Shown here: positions 37,197-50,446 of the stretch, in pieces
Position numbering within the stretch: the stretch's first letter is position 1
Layout: every line of letters starts with the position of its first letter
Assembly: GCA_030141605.1 (NCBI GenBank)
Contig: JAQGDQ010000931.1
Location: 15,593 to 79,592, forward strand
Direction: 5' to 3'
Source: Tubiluchus corallicola
Taxonomy: Eukaryota > Animalia > Priapulida
Length of the DNA: 64,000 nucleotides
The notes under the pieces: generated by a model
What the model saw: the letters and a program-made list of their open reading frames with translations, nothing else
The model's database searches: none
Told to the model about the DNA's origin: nothing
Made by a program: the position numbers and the translations under genes

Positions 37197-39698
37197 ATGG
37201 CTGAAACAGCTTCTGTTGTTGAAGAAAGCATACTGGCAGGCAAAAATGAAAAAAATACAAGCCCTTACACGCTGCACCAGGTATTTGAAAGCAATTTGTG
37301 CAACTGTAGAGAAAAGGAAGGCTTACTTTTTGACGGAAAAAGGATAACCTTTTCAGAGATTAACAAACGTGCTAATCGACTCGCCAGACATCTACAAACA
37401 GTTTTATCGCCGGATGAAAAATATGATGAGAACACTGTCGCCAGTGACTATTCAAGTGAATGGGAAGAATGGCCAAAGTCCATTATTGCTGTAGATATGA
37501 ATCCGAGCGATCACTTAATTATTACATTACTGGCCATTTTGAAAACAGGAGCAGCATATTTACCTGTTAATTCTTGTGATTCGCGAACAACATTCTTACT
37601 AAAATATTCTAAACCTGTATGTATAATCATAGATCACGAAAACAAAGTCCCAGAAAATGATGCGATTTGCAAGTCAAATATTCCTTGTCTAGCTTACCAT
37701 ACTCTCTTAAAGCAACCCTATCCGGAGGAAAATTTAGAAAATGTCTCAAACGGAGAGAACATAGCATGTGTATTATATACATCAGGAAGTACAGGTGAGC
37801 CAAAAGGAGTGTGCTTATCACATCGGTCAGTTTTAAACAGACTCACCTGGCAATGGCAAACTTTTCCTTATAAAAACCACGAGGTTGCAGCTTTCAAAGC
37901 ACCAATCACGTTTGTCGATCACATTTCAGAAATATTTGCTCCACTTCTTGTGGGAGTTCCACTGGTAGTTGTACCTAAAGGAACAGTTCGCAACCCTGCC
38001 AACCTGATCAACTTATTAGAAGTCAGGCAGGTAACAAGACTCTTAGTCGTACCCACACTATTACGGAATATACTCATGTTTCTCAAACTAACAGCAAATT
38101 CAAAGCGGCTAAGAACAATTGATCTGTGGGTGTGCAGTGGGGAAGTGTTAACCACAAAATTAGCAAAAGATTTTTTTGAATATTTTCCTGAAGGGCAAGT
38201 GCTGTGCAACTTCTATGGTAGCACAGAAACAATGGGGGATGTGACATATTCTACTTTCTCTTCAAAATCAGATGTAGATTCTAAAAGTGAACAAGGTCTG
38301 CTGTCCATCGGGAAACCAATCAGTAATACTATTACTTACATACTAGATGAGAACAAAAAACTTGCACCAATTGGTGAACAAGGTGAAATAGTTGTAAGTG
38401 GTCAAAATTTAGCAACAATGTATCTCAGTAAAAAATACCCAAATAGTGAATATGATGACAAAGAAAAGTTTGTCCTTAATTCTTTTAATAAAGAGCCTAT
38501 GTTTGCAAGACTCTTTTTTACTGGTGATTTCGGATTCATCCATAATGGAGACCTAATTTTTTGTGGTCGGCGAGATTCTATTGTTAAACTTAGCGGTCAT
38601 AGATTTTCAATGCAAGAAATTCAAAACACCCTAGAAACTGTTGATGGTGTAAGAGAAAGCACAGTAATATGTCTGAACGATGGAGCTTCCAAGCAGAAAC
38701 TAGTTGCATATTACATTCCCAACCCTATAACAAACACGACAGAAGACTTTGTGCACAAAGAGTTAGCAAGAAGTCTTCCCAAGATAATGATACCTGTCAT
38801 CATTAAAACAGACAAGTTTCGTTTGTTACAAAATGGAAAACTTGATACAAAAAAACTGGAAGAAATATATATTAACAAGAAAAGTGCACAATCCTCAAGT
38901 GATGTTCAAAATGATACTTCAGACACTGGTGCAAAGGAAGAAGATGAATTGCTTAACATAATTTGTGAAACTGTGAATATCAGTAGACTAAAAAGTTATA
39001 TCAGTGCAAACTTCTTCGACATCGGAGGTGACTCATCAACTGCACTGGAAGTTTTGATCAAACTTCATGAGTTTGGTTATACTGTGCCCATCGATCGATT
39101 CCTTAAAGCAGTGTCGTTAAGAGAAATAGCTCAGGTGATGCATGCAATCAAGCAAGGCACTAGAATGTCTCTGAACAAAATGCTTGATTCAACATACCGA
39201 TCTAAATGTCAATACGTACCACTGTGTGAAATCGAAAACAGGGCAGACTTGCTCAATGTCATAAGTGACTCGTTATCAAAAAAAGAAGCCATGAATAGCC
39301 TTGCCGGTGTGCCTTCGAGGGACTTATTTGACTTTGTCAACAGCGTGTGGGACGTAGCAGTAAAAGAAAGTATGTCATTTGCTATTAAGAATCCCGAAGG
39401 TCGGATTGTTGGCGGTTCTATTAACTTTGACTTTGATCAGCCTCCTGCAACTATGGTTGTCCCAGCAAGTATGGCAGCTAGTACTATAAGCGTGTTGTCA
39501 ACAATGGAAAATAGAATTCGACCACAACTGAAAGGAACAGGCTATATTCTTTCCAACTTTTTAATAGCAACAGACATTTCACTGCCATACGAGGAGAATG
39601 TGCAACTGGCTATCATGTTGGAATCAGAAAATGTGAGACAAGCAGAAAAACTTGGTTTTGACATAGCACTTACCATCAACTCTCACAGAATTACAAAG
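37197..39698 (+). CDS. ebony: Ebony-like beta-alanyl-amine NRPS, coding exon 1 (A domain, PCP, most of the aaNAT-like CTD)
   Basis: YTSGSTGEPKGV, NRLTWQWQTFPY, FVDHISEIF, CSGE, NFYGSTE-MGDV, TGD, GRRD, NGKLD; PCP motif FFDIGGDS. Donor AAG|GTATGC at 39699, so the last 58 aa of the ORF-track protein are intron read-through. Confidence 0.93.
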
Positions 39699-40204
39699 GT
39701 ATGCACAATTTTAAAATGTATAATACCACTCAACGGTATAGTAAACGTAATACTCTTAATTTGCTTTAATTCCTCAGACATTTTAGCATCGAGCTATCAT
39801 AACCACTTACACCCGAAATTAAAAAAATTCAGTGTAACAGGTGCACCATCCTGTTTTCATGTGCAAGCAAAATAATTATAACCAAAAGTTCCTCTCCGAA
39901 ATCGTTTTTTACAAAACCAATGAATACAAAAGTAGTTTTTTAATTCCAAAGTAAGTTTCATTTACGATGACATTTCATTTATGGGACAGAAAATTTGAAA
40001 TACGAGTGTAAGAATCTGCACAATAGAGCAAGCATTACCTCGGCAAATTTCAGAACTTGAATACATTAATGCATATCCACAGCTCACCATTCTGACATAC
40101 TTTAAAATAAATCTCTCTTTAAACAAAAAAGTAAATATTTTTGCAAAAAAGAAAATCTGAAGAAAAAATGTCAGCAAGTCTAATTATTCATTTTTTTTCT
40201 ACAG

Positions 40205-40351
40205 CTGATATGCCGTGATCTGCTAAACTACACTATACCTTTTGTTTACTACTACAAGGATCATGAACACAGTGATGGGACAAAGCCGTACAGTCATACA
40301 CCTGATGATACAAATGCTTGGATGATGGTCAAATATCTTCATAAAGATTAA
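40205..40351 (+). CDS. ebony: Ebony-like NRPS, terminal exon
   Basis: Acceptor TTTTTTTCTACAG, then LICRDLLNYTIPFVYYYKDHEHSDGTKPYSHTPDDTNAWMMVKYLHKD*. This matches the Ebony C-terminal HSDGxxPF motif. Spliced protein is 882 aa. Confidence 0.9.
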   Translation: MICRDLLNYTIPFVYYYKDHEHSDGTKPYSHTPDDTNAWMMVKYLHKD

Positions 40352-42111
40352 ATGAAGCCCTGCTTGGCTTGCACTTCTTGGCTGGCTTTTTTAAGCAGCA
40401 ACGTTTTCTTTTGTAATTTTTGTGATACTGCTTAGCAGTTTGTCTAAAATTTTGGGTAGTTCTCATCTGTGAATTTTGATGGTGTGTGTCTTTGTAAGCC
40501 TAATAATTGATATGTCACTGTGTTCCAGATGAAATATATGAAAACGCCTTAATTTTGGCCCAATCTTCAACATTTATTCACCCGTTGTGAAAATTTTTGT
40601 AAAAATTGTCTTATCGATTGGAAATTAAAATAATACTAGTAAACGTTTTTGAACCTGTGATAAGATCCTACTTCTGTGACAGGCTTTGTTTCATGTTTAC
40701 AAATAAAAAATATTTTTAATATAATTAACATTATGTACATAGTGTGCTTTGCATTAATAATTTAAATGAAATCAGAAGATGTCACTTTTTAACTGGGTCA
40801 GTCAAATGAAAGTGAAGTTGACAGCACAAATTCCACGATCATAGCCCCACCCACTTACAATATTGATAACTATGACACGACACGATTCACCCACCCATTC
40901 ACTCAAACGACGCGGTTCAGAGCTTTTCATATTTTTTTTCACACAGCATGGCTTCATAAATCCAATGTTGTAGGTTTGTTCCAATAATTAGTCGTATCAA
41001 TAGGTAATCTTAAAGTTAAAATTATATAAATTATTTACATATGTTTGCTCAATGCAGCATTTAGCTCAGCAGCTTTAGTAATTATAGGTGCTTAAGATAC
41101 TGGACAAACTGATTTCACCTACACATGCCGGCTGGTACAAATGCATTAACTATCCTGTGAAAGAGAGATTCATGATAAAACATTTATTTGCTGTCAGTCA
41201 TACAGTAGAAGAGTGTTCCTCATTTCACAGTGGCGTCTCCCTGCACAGAGCCTACATACTTCACTATGATACGTAAAGATACAGTAAACATAGCAGTATC
41301 CTTTTTTTACTATGAAGTCAAACAATTGTCAGAGTTAGAGAGTTGCATAGGGGCTACTAACTAAGAAGCATTATCTGATCGGGCAACACTTAGACAGGAA
41401 AAGTAATAATAGCAGTACTGTGAGACAATAGTAACACAAAATATTTTTTGTAAATTGTTCCAACATTATTGCAAGTACACACCACCAGAAACGTGTAATC
41501 TGTAGTCTGTATATGCCATGAAATCAAGCATTCAATTTAAACGACTTAAAAGACATTTTAACAAAACAGCACCATGCAGCTTAGGTTAATAAAATCTCAA
41601 TAAACAGTTATCATGAAATTTAGGCAACAAATAACTTGATAAATGGCTAGTTTTTCTTCAAGTGCCTGAAAAATCTAAAATAAATGTTGCTTTTCAAACA
41701 GTTCGGGGATGGGATTGGGGTCGGGATGGGATGAGAAGTTTGGGATGAGATTGAATTTTTGGGAACGGGTTTGGGATTTGAAGAAAGTTTGTGATCGAGG
41801 TTCGGGGATCAGGATCATAATGAATCTGATCTCGAAAACCCCTAGTTTTGATATGTTTAAAGCTATTTTCTAATAAAATGTGGGTCATTATAGAAAACAA
41901 CAATGTATTGGTCATAAAAGTTGCAAACTGGACTTCCTTGGTGTTAATCACATCTGGCCTTGACCTGCACACTGGAACGCAATAACTCATTTCTTTATTG
42001 ACAATATTTGCATGACAAAAAATATTTGAAATACATAAACTCCTAAGTGAAGAGAAATAAAATGTTAAGAAATGTGGATGTAGACATTTTACTTGTAACT
42101 TCAGTACTTAC

Positions 42112-42210
42112 CTGAAGTAAAAACCCATCTCATATTATCCTGCTTAACCATTCCCATCATGGGTAGCATTGTTCCTAGTATGGCTGTCAGAAATGGTACA
42201 ACACCATACA
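42112..42210 (-). CDS. MROH1: MROH1 coding exon 5
   Basis: YGVVPFLTAILGTMLPMMGMVKQDNMRWVFTS, flanked by AG and GTAAGT. Confidence 0.92.
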
Positions 42211-42690
42211 CTGGAAAAAATGTGAAAAAATTATGCAAAGTAATTTCTCTGGTGCAATAAAAGTAGAAAACTTAAAAGAGGCCAATAACCTAATTAAATT
42301 ACTCAGTCGTGGATGAGTTGAATCCTTGCTGACGAGTTGGTACTTGCCAATAGCTGGATGCTATACATGCTGCAAACCAATGGACAGCTGCATGTAGACA
42401 CATCTTTAGCACAAATGGGTAGGGTTAAATGGAGTATTCTAAGTACGGAAGAAGCACTAGAAGCAGTACTTTGCTGCACAATGTAAATGTAGCAAAAGCA
42501 TTGCGATCAATTTACGTATAGGACTGATTTAGCTTTGGTAATCTTTGTCTCAGAAAATTACTTTTGACTCGAAGTAAACTTTTTAAAGTTATACGCTATG
42601 GGAATGACTACACAAACAGTAGAACTTACTCATTAAATTAATACAATTCATTAATCAGATAATTAACTACTTAAGTAATGCATATTATAC

Positions 42691-42853
42691 CATTAGCTGT
42701 AGCCAAGTTTCCAAGCGTCTGTACAGTAAAGAAGTGAGGTAAGACACCTGGTTGAAATTTTGTCAACAACTCCTCCATAACTTCGTTACAGAATCTGCAA
42801 CCGAGAGCAACCAGCACTCCACTTGCAACAGTCTGCCATTCTGGAATTACATC
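42691..42853 (-). CDS. MROH1: MROH1 coding exon 4
   Basis: DVIPEWQTVASGVLVALGCRFCNEVMEELLTKFQPGVLPHFFTVQTLGNLATAN. Confidence 0.92.
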
Positions 42854-43467
42854 CTTGAGAAAACAGAAATTTATAAGATAAAATCAAGCATTTACTATTC
42901 ATTCGACGATGTAGCCAAAAGGTAATTTCTGTGAAGCTAAAGGTAATAAAGGCAGTAGGCAAGAGACAAAAAGGTAATACTGAGACACTCAAACAATAGT
43001 ATCACAAAACTAAAAAAGACAATGGCAAAAAGTAACAGCAAAAAAAAGCATAACCAAAAACAATAGATAAAACACTTACAACACATTTCTCTAAATGCAC
43101 TGGTAAATTAAGTAAAAAAAGGTTATATAAAAACTGCATATATCGAATTTGTTTAAGCAAAAAAGAAATTCAGTAGTAAGATATAGTTGTCCTGCCAATG
43201 TTACCTCATCAATGGAAGTCTATATTTACAGGTAATACAGAGATGCATAATTTTAGAGCTACAGGTACATATACAACTTTTTTTAAAAATTAACCTTTAT
43301 GACATTTTATGCACTGCCCCAAATTTATCCTTTTTGTATTGTTTGCATAAGTTACAAAATCCTAGACATCAAATTATCCAATGACGCATTAAAATTTACC
43401 ATATCAGCTGCAAATATTTATTCTTGTAGTTAACTGACAAATTAACAAGATTCTTCATAACACAAAC

Positions 43468-43599
43468 CTTGGAATGTGTCATTTCAGCAGAAGCCAAATG
43501 AATTACATCTACAGCTAGTGGTTTCTTGATGGTATCCAGACAATCCTTACAAACACTGTTCATAACAGACAAAATAACAGTGCGGTGACCTTGATGTAG
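43468..43599 (-). CDS. MROH1: MROH1 coding exon 3
   Basis: LHQGHRTVILSVMNSVCKDCLDTIKKPLAVDVIHLASAEMTHSK. Confidence 0.9.
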
Positions 43600-46111
43600 C
43601 TGAAAAAAACAAGAGAATCCACTTCTATGAAAACGAATCAGGTACTAGCTTAACTAAATCAATTTTGGCAGTATATACATTGTGCAGTCTTCTAAGACTA
43701 CTGAAATGGTAAAAAAGATTGACTGGAAAAGGAAAGGATCTAGATCCAGGTTGCTTCGTGGGTAACACACGATCACAGGCTCAGAGCTGATGATATGTTG
43801 AAAACATCATTCTATGGCACCTAATGCTTTCAGCATCAACAAGTTCAAAGATCTGTATTAATGGCAAGGATAACTATGTAGCATAAAAACTTTTCTTAGC
43901 ACCACAAAAAACATTTCTTTCTACAAAGAGTAGTTTTCAGTCTTTGGCTCTACAGAAATTGCTGAAACGCATTGTCATAATGCAGAGTTTAGATTCACAA
44001 TAAGTGACAGTTTCAGAATCCCAAAAATGTAGCGAATCTGGAAATCTTGACCTGGTCCTGTCCCTGGCATCACTATAAGAAGGTTTATCTTACAGGATCT
44101 TCTAATTATAAATTCAAACAACTTCAGTACATGCATAATGTAGATTACAAATTTAAACTGGTTCTTTTGCAATTTAAATCTAAATCTATTGTAATATAAT
44201 ACTGTATCTAAAATTATAGCCTTATATGATAAATGACATGTAGTTTTTGCGACCTCTAAGTACCATGTGAACATCAAAGACAGAAAAACTTGTGTGAACT
44301 TAATCCAGATATCTAAACTATTAAAAGATATTGAAAGATAGAAAAAATGTTTTCAGTGCAAAATTACAATTATAAAATTTTATATAAAAATGCAAGATGT
44401 ACACACATTGCGATTGTATGTCATGCAATAACAGGAGTAGTCTACCTCACACGTCTATTGCTTAGCATCTATAAAACTAAATAAACTGTTATATACATGT
44501 ACATCTATACCTACCAGAAATATAGGACATTATTCTAAAAAAATATAGGACATTTTTTGAAAAAAATATAGGAATCATAGGACATTTTTCCTTAAAAACG
44601 AAAGTTTCTAACCTTACAGTACAGCGATTTTCACAATTTTTTGCAAAAGTAAATGGTTTTTCCTACCTGTAACAGGAGAGCATTCTTTGGTTGAAGTTGG
44701 CATTGTCATTGAGCGGCTTATGCACTTCTGGGTATGCTCTTTCGCCACCTGGAATTATTCAAAATTACATTTTACAAAAACAACATGAGCAGGAAGAGCC
44801 CTTACGGAAATGATGCACAATGTCTAGCACAAACGAACTAACATTGGTTAAAGAACATGATAATATATGTAATATCTAGAAATTGAAGAATTTAAATGAA
44901 AGGAATGAATGTCTAATCGCAAAACACGGATTGGAAATTGCCAAAAGTTCGAAAATTCTCTGATATTTTAAAATTTTAGAATATTCATACATAAAAAACT
45001 TTGTACTAACCATTCAGGATCTTCGAGTCTCGTGTTCACATGTCGTTAGAGCATACACCAGAACCATCAACCACGCAATGAGAATACCAACCTCTGTAAA
45101 AACATACATACTTCGCGACAGACAACTGTTATTTACATTCACTAAAATGCCCAAATCATGAAGATGTCTAATGGTGGTTATGCGTGCCAAAGGAGCGCGA
45201 AAAATACCAATAACATTTTCATTTCATTGAGAATTAATGATTTTATAGGAATTACAAGACGTTTTCAAAAAATATAGGAATTATAGGACAAGTACGAGCC
45301 CTGTACCTAAATCTCGTTTCAGTTCTAAAATAAAAACGATTTCTTCCAGTTACTGTTGCTTTACATTTTTATTTGTGTAACCGGACCATACTATAGTACT
45401 TCAGAAATTACACACATTGTGACGAAAAAGTGGTAACATGGCATCAGTGACGTAACACATGAAGCTGAACTGACTGTATGCTAGCTTCCACTTCCTTCAT
45501 GTGAAAACTCTACAATGTCTGTCATAAACTAAATCGAAAAAGAACAGACACACTTCCTGTAACTGCCAGCATGACTGTGCATAGCAAGAAAGAACAAATT
45601 CCTATGAGTACAATTAGGCAATAAAATAGCTACTTACAGTGTGCTTCATAGTAAAACTTGGAGCAATCAACGTAAACAAAACGTGCTGTTTTGCTCAAAT
45701 AGTGGAACTTATTTAGTGAGAGCTAAACTCCGAAGAGGAGGCATAGACACACTATAGTATATGCAATTATTTAACAGCATTAAACAAATCAGCCACTGAA
45801 ACTTCAGTTCAGTTCAAACAATTAAAGATCACTTCGACATAATTTAGACTTCAGTGGTAGCAATACATTCTGTTTTTATAAAAGGGAGCTGTCCAGGAGC
45901 AAGGCAACCATTTATGAAATGCTTACGATGAATCAGGAAAGCTGGTGGTCTGTTAAATTTACAGTTCGTTAACTTTTGCACCAAGAGAAAAGTAGTACAC
46001 ACTTCTGAACTTTTGACTGTGTAATTCGGAAACAGTAGTTTTGATTATGCCCTACAATGACCCTATATATTTTTAGGAAGAGCACACACAGTTAGGAAAT
46101 ATCTTAGTTAC

Positions 46112-46257
46112 CTTTGCATGTCGATGCAGATAGGAATGACAAGCAGAAAGTACCATCAAAGGCTGCTTCTTCCCAACCTCATGTAGGGAATGACACATTA
46201 CAGATCGAACACCTTCGTTCTTGTCATATGCTGCATCAATTAGTGCTCCAGTTATTG
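46112..46257 (-). CDS. MROH1: MROH1 coding exon 2
   Basis: ITGALIDAAYDKNEGVRSVMCHSLHEVGKKQPLMVLSACHSYLHRHAK. Confidence 0.9.
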
Positions 46258-46634
46258 CTGTAAGAGAAATTACAAATACATTACTGCAAGCAAATATTAT
46301 GCTCATTAAATCTGTAATAACCAGAATAGGTATCCTCAGGCTTAAATGCAGTCTAACAGTTCTTTTTTCATTCAATTATAGAGTCTGATCAATGGCAACA
46401 TTCACCCGCTAAGAACTCTCTCATTCCAAATAACGCAAAAATAACAATATAGTGTGGAATAAAGTATAGGATGTCAGTTTGATGAAATATTAATAAAAGT
46501 ATAAGGCGGAATAGTGTTAAAAGTTGCAGTTGTATGAATGTTAATACTGCAAGCGCAAGTATCAAACTGATTCTGTACACTGCACACCGTGATATTGATA
46601 GCGATCACAGTTAAGTTGCAACTAGTTAGCTTAC

Positions 46635-46689
46635 CATCAATCTGACCTCCGGTCGAGAAGACAGTTTCATTTGGTAATGGCATAATCAT
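46635..46689 (-). CDS. MROH1: MROH1 probable first coding exon
   Basis: MIMPLPNETVFSTGGQID plus G|GTAAGC, a phase-1 donor that matches the phase-1 acceptor at 46257. Confidence 0.7.
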
Positions 46690-49150
46690 TAATTATTTAG
46701 GTGGAAATTTATTAATACAAAAGTCAAAAGCAGCTTAAGAATTAAAAAAGTAGCGCATCCCAAAAAATTATATACTATCACATTATCCGACTGTTCAACA
46801 TGTGACTGACCGATCGTGGCGCCACAACAATACGCAGCGGTAAAGACCGGAACACAATCCTGTTCACCTGTTGACCACCCTAAACTTGAATTTATTTGGC
46901 TAATTATTTTTAAAAAATGATATGTTAAAATTATTTTGCAAGGAAATGAAAAATATCTGACTTCTAAAAATTCAATGCTTTCAATTTCAATATTGCTCAT
47001 TTAATTGCAATGAACTTGGTAAACTTATGATTCAAAAAGGCCTAATAACATAGTGATTTTACATAACTGTAACATTAGCAATATGTTTGCAAGTTATACC
47101 TCACAGTGTTTCAACCCAGTTTTCTTTTGGTGTTAACAAAATTAAAGCAAATTCAGAATGGGCACTGACTGCTCGATCAGTAATAACTTGATCCAACTTG
47201 AGTAACTATTATTATGTCAAGTAACATAAACAATTGTCAAGACGTTTACCGTGTTAGACTAGCCATTGTTCATGCCTATCGCTGTTTTATCGATACCAGT
47301 TTAAATAGTTGGTAAAGCATTTTCAAATAGAAATTTATCAATGTTGGGAACCTCGGAAATAAACAAAAGCTAGGAAACAAGTAACTCCAGTTCTCACAGA
47401 AAATTATCATAATACTATTTACTGGACTATTAAAAAGATAGAAACAAATCATGGCAGTCTAAATTAAAATACATGACACTTTTAAATTTTTTCTTATGTC
47501 TACAATTATTGTCTGCCAAGGCACTAACTTGATGGTAATGACAGGCAATATAGATGGACCTTTAAATGAGAAAACATTTTGCTAGAAACAAAACGTGCAA
47601 ACCAAAAATTAAGAAATCCACCTACTCCTTTCTAATTAAATTCTAATTCATCACTATTAAGAATTTTTTCCATGTCTGTAGTAAATGACAAGGGCTTCGA
47701 GAGTGGGAGACTGTGGAGCAGCCCAAAACAAAATTAAAAACTTTAAATACAGCTATATAAGCCACATCCCATTACATTCACTGCAGTCAGCTACGAGGCT
47801 ATTATGAAATCAAATGAAATGAGGACAAAATTGTTTGCACAGCTTTCTACATAATAGATAAAGTTGCATTACCACTATTTGCAAGTTCTTCTCATATTTT
47901 AACTTGGGATGTTCTTAAACATGTTTATAAATCCAGTTTTTCGTTTCCAGGCCGCTTTATCTGTGGAACTTTTTACCAGAAAATTCTCCTGAATAACTAC
48001 AATATTCCCTCTTTCAAAAAATAACCTTTATCACAAGCAAATCAGTTTACAAGAATTCAGTTTGAATCTATTATTCTGGACGCGCATTCAAATTTTGCAT
48101 TTTTGACTGTAACTCCTTACGTTTGTGGCCGCTGGCCTTACAAAGAAAAATTACATGATCTAATGTAAAGCAACTACTTCTCAAAACAAAATGTGCTTAT
48201 GCCCTTGGATTACGTGATTTTACTTTATATTTTTTACATTTCTGAGTAAGGATTCTCAAGATGCAGAAATGTGCAGGTAGTAATTTTTAGCACAACCACA
48301 TCATTATCTACACGGTAAGGCTAGAGTTACTTCTCAACTGAAAGAATGACAGTAGATTTAATAACTTTGCTTGATGATACAAGAATGCCTTGTTGTGTAA
48401 TATAACTTCAATTTTTATATGCATATCTGGACTCTGGTTCCTTGATTTTCTGTATTAATTAGCGAAACTGAGATAACTGACAACTTTACAACAGACATGC
48501 CAAGTGGACTCAGAGTCCTGCCCAAAAATGTGTTCCAAGCCAATCACGAGAGTACTCCTCTAGATAAAAAAGTATGATAACCTTTTTGTTTAATATGAGC
48601 TTTATAAGTAGCATGTAACAAAGCAAAAATCTAAAATAGAAAAAACAGCGAAATTTCTTTAGTTTCACTCCAAAAAATGTTCTTAGCGTAATGATTCTTA
48701 TCAAACTACAGATACAGCACAATTTCACAAAAGAATTGAGTATCTTAACATACTGATACAATGCACCAGTACTAAGAAAAGCATGTGTATCATTTCATAT
48801 ATACGTACATGTTAGCATTCAATACGAAGCTACGAAATTATTATCTACTCAACTCTCATTCGTATTAAAACACCAGTTACATAATCAGTTCAAAATCAAG
48901 ACAAAAAAGTGAGATCCGAAAGATGTTACCAAAGCAAGGTAACAATAAGATACAATAGTGTAATTAATTTCACGATCCATCGGAAAATTAAATTCCTAAC
49001 ATTGCTAAATATACACAGCTTGGAGTATTTAAAATGCACTAATAGTTATAACACATTTAATTTAAAATTCGGTACAAAAAAGGTCTTCATAATTAGAGCC
49101 CATACATAGTTATGTACATACTACACCTGATTTAGTTTCCATACATAAAA

Positions 49151-50446
49151 TCAGATATCGATAAAATTATCATCTTTATCCTGATCTTGTTCACCATCAT
49201 AAAATTCATTTATAGGGTCAATTCTGTTGTCCAAGTCATTTTGGTGGTTACGAATATCAGGATCTAGTTCCTCATTTGGCTCATAATCTAAAATATCGGG
49301 CTGAACATCTTGCATTTGTACACTTGGCGCATGAGCTACTACTTTCAAACTTTCAATAACTGTCTGTCGTATTGTATCCAGATACTGTTTCGTATTTGCA
49401 TTATCAATGCGGCTGGGAATGTCAGGATGAAGGGAAAAGTCAGGTGCAAAATACTCTAAATATTCAGAATAAGGAAGTTCATTGTTGAGTTCCTCATCCA
49501 CTAAAACGGAAGTCTCGTAAGTCCAACAGCGTGCAACATTTCTAACAGTATATCCACCACCTCCAAGTACTAGCATGGGTAAATTAAATCCTTCAACATA
49601 TTTCACACACTCTCCATGTCCTTTAATACTCAGGCCAAAACAGCCAAGTCTATCACCAGCGAGTGAATCTGCTCCGCATTGCAGCACGATGCAGGTTGGT
49701 CTGTAGATATCCATCACTGACTGTATAACTGGTTTAAACACTTGGCTGTAACTCGCATCATCCATACCTTCTTTAAAAGGCACATTGATAGAATAATACC
49801 TACCATTGTCAGCTCCCAGTTCAAACATATCTCCCGTTCCAGGAAAAAAATAGTTACCATACTTATGAAACGAAACAGTCATCACTCGATCGGTCAGATA
49901 AAATGCTTCTTGAACACCGTCTCCATGGTGAATGTCAATGTCAATATATAGCACACGAGCATGATACTTTAACAATTCTAGTATAGCTATCACAATGTCA
50001 TTTACATAACAAAAACCAGACGCTTCAAACTTTTTAGCATGATGAAGACCGCCAGACCAATTTATAGCAATGTCACAATTTCCATGATTAAGTCTCACAG
50101 CACTTTCCAACGAAGCACCAGTGTACATGGAACAAAATTCAAAAAGTCCATCAAAAACGGGACAGTCGTCACCAACGTTAAACACGCCGAGACATTTGGT
50201 AAAATTCTGCACTGTTTGCGGTGTGACTCTCATTAAGAAATCAATGTATTCGTCTGAATGAAACCGGCACATATCATGCATCGTTGCACGGTAGGGACGG
50301 AACACTTTCATCTTCTTGTATAACCCATAATTTAACACTAAACTGTGGGTAAGAGCTAAGCGATGTGGTTTCATAGGATGTCCAGGTCCGTAATGAAAAT
50401 TACTGACGTCGGGATCGTAAAAGTAAGCTACTTTTTTTGATGTCAT
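49151..50446 (-). CDS. HDAC3: Histone deacetylase 3, intronless CDS (431 aa)
   Basis: [89 protein letters not shown] and YGNYFF are HDAC3-type rather than HDAC1/2-type. The real ATG is at 50446. Confidence 0.97.
   Translation of the reverse strand: MTSKKVAYFYDPDVSNFHYGPGHPMKPHRLALTHSLVLNYGLYKKMKVFRPYRATMHDMCRFHSDEYIDFLMRVTPQTVQNFTKCLGVFNVGDDCPVFDGLFEFCSMYTGASLESAVRLNHGNCDIAINWSGGLHHAKKFEASGFCYVNDIVIAILELLKYHARVLYIDIDIHHGDGVQEAFYLTDRVMTVSFHKYGNYFFPGTGDMFELGADNGRYYSINVPFKEGMDDASYSQVFKPVIQSVMDIYRPTCIVLQCGADSLAGDRLGCFGLSIKGHGECVKYVEGFNLPMLVLGGGGYTVRNVARCWTYETSVLVDEELNNELPYSEYLEYFAPDFSLHPDIPSRIDNANTKQYLDTIRQTVIESLKVVAHAPSVQMQDVQPDILDYEPNEELDPDIRNHQNDLDNRIDPINEFYDGEQDQDKDDNFIDI

Noticed and set aside
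37197-39875. Possible bacterial NRPS acquired by horizontal transfer or contamination
   Set aside because: It has the Ebony-specific architecture and motifs, a spliceosomal intron, host-like AT content, and lies inside an animal gene intron.
44500-45303. Element with ATAGGA subterminal repeats ending in GAGCCCTG
   Set aside because: Only one TIR-like end is visible and there is no TSD, so boundaries cannot be supported.
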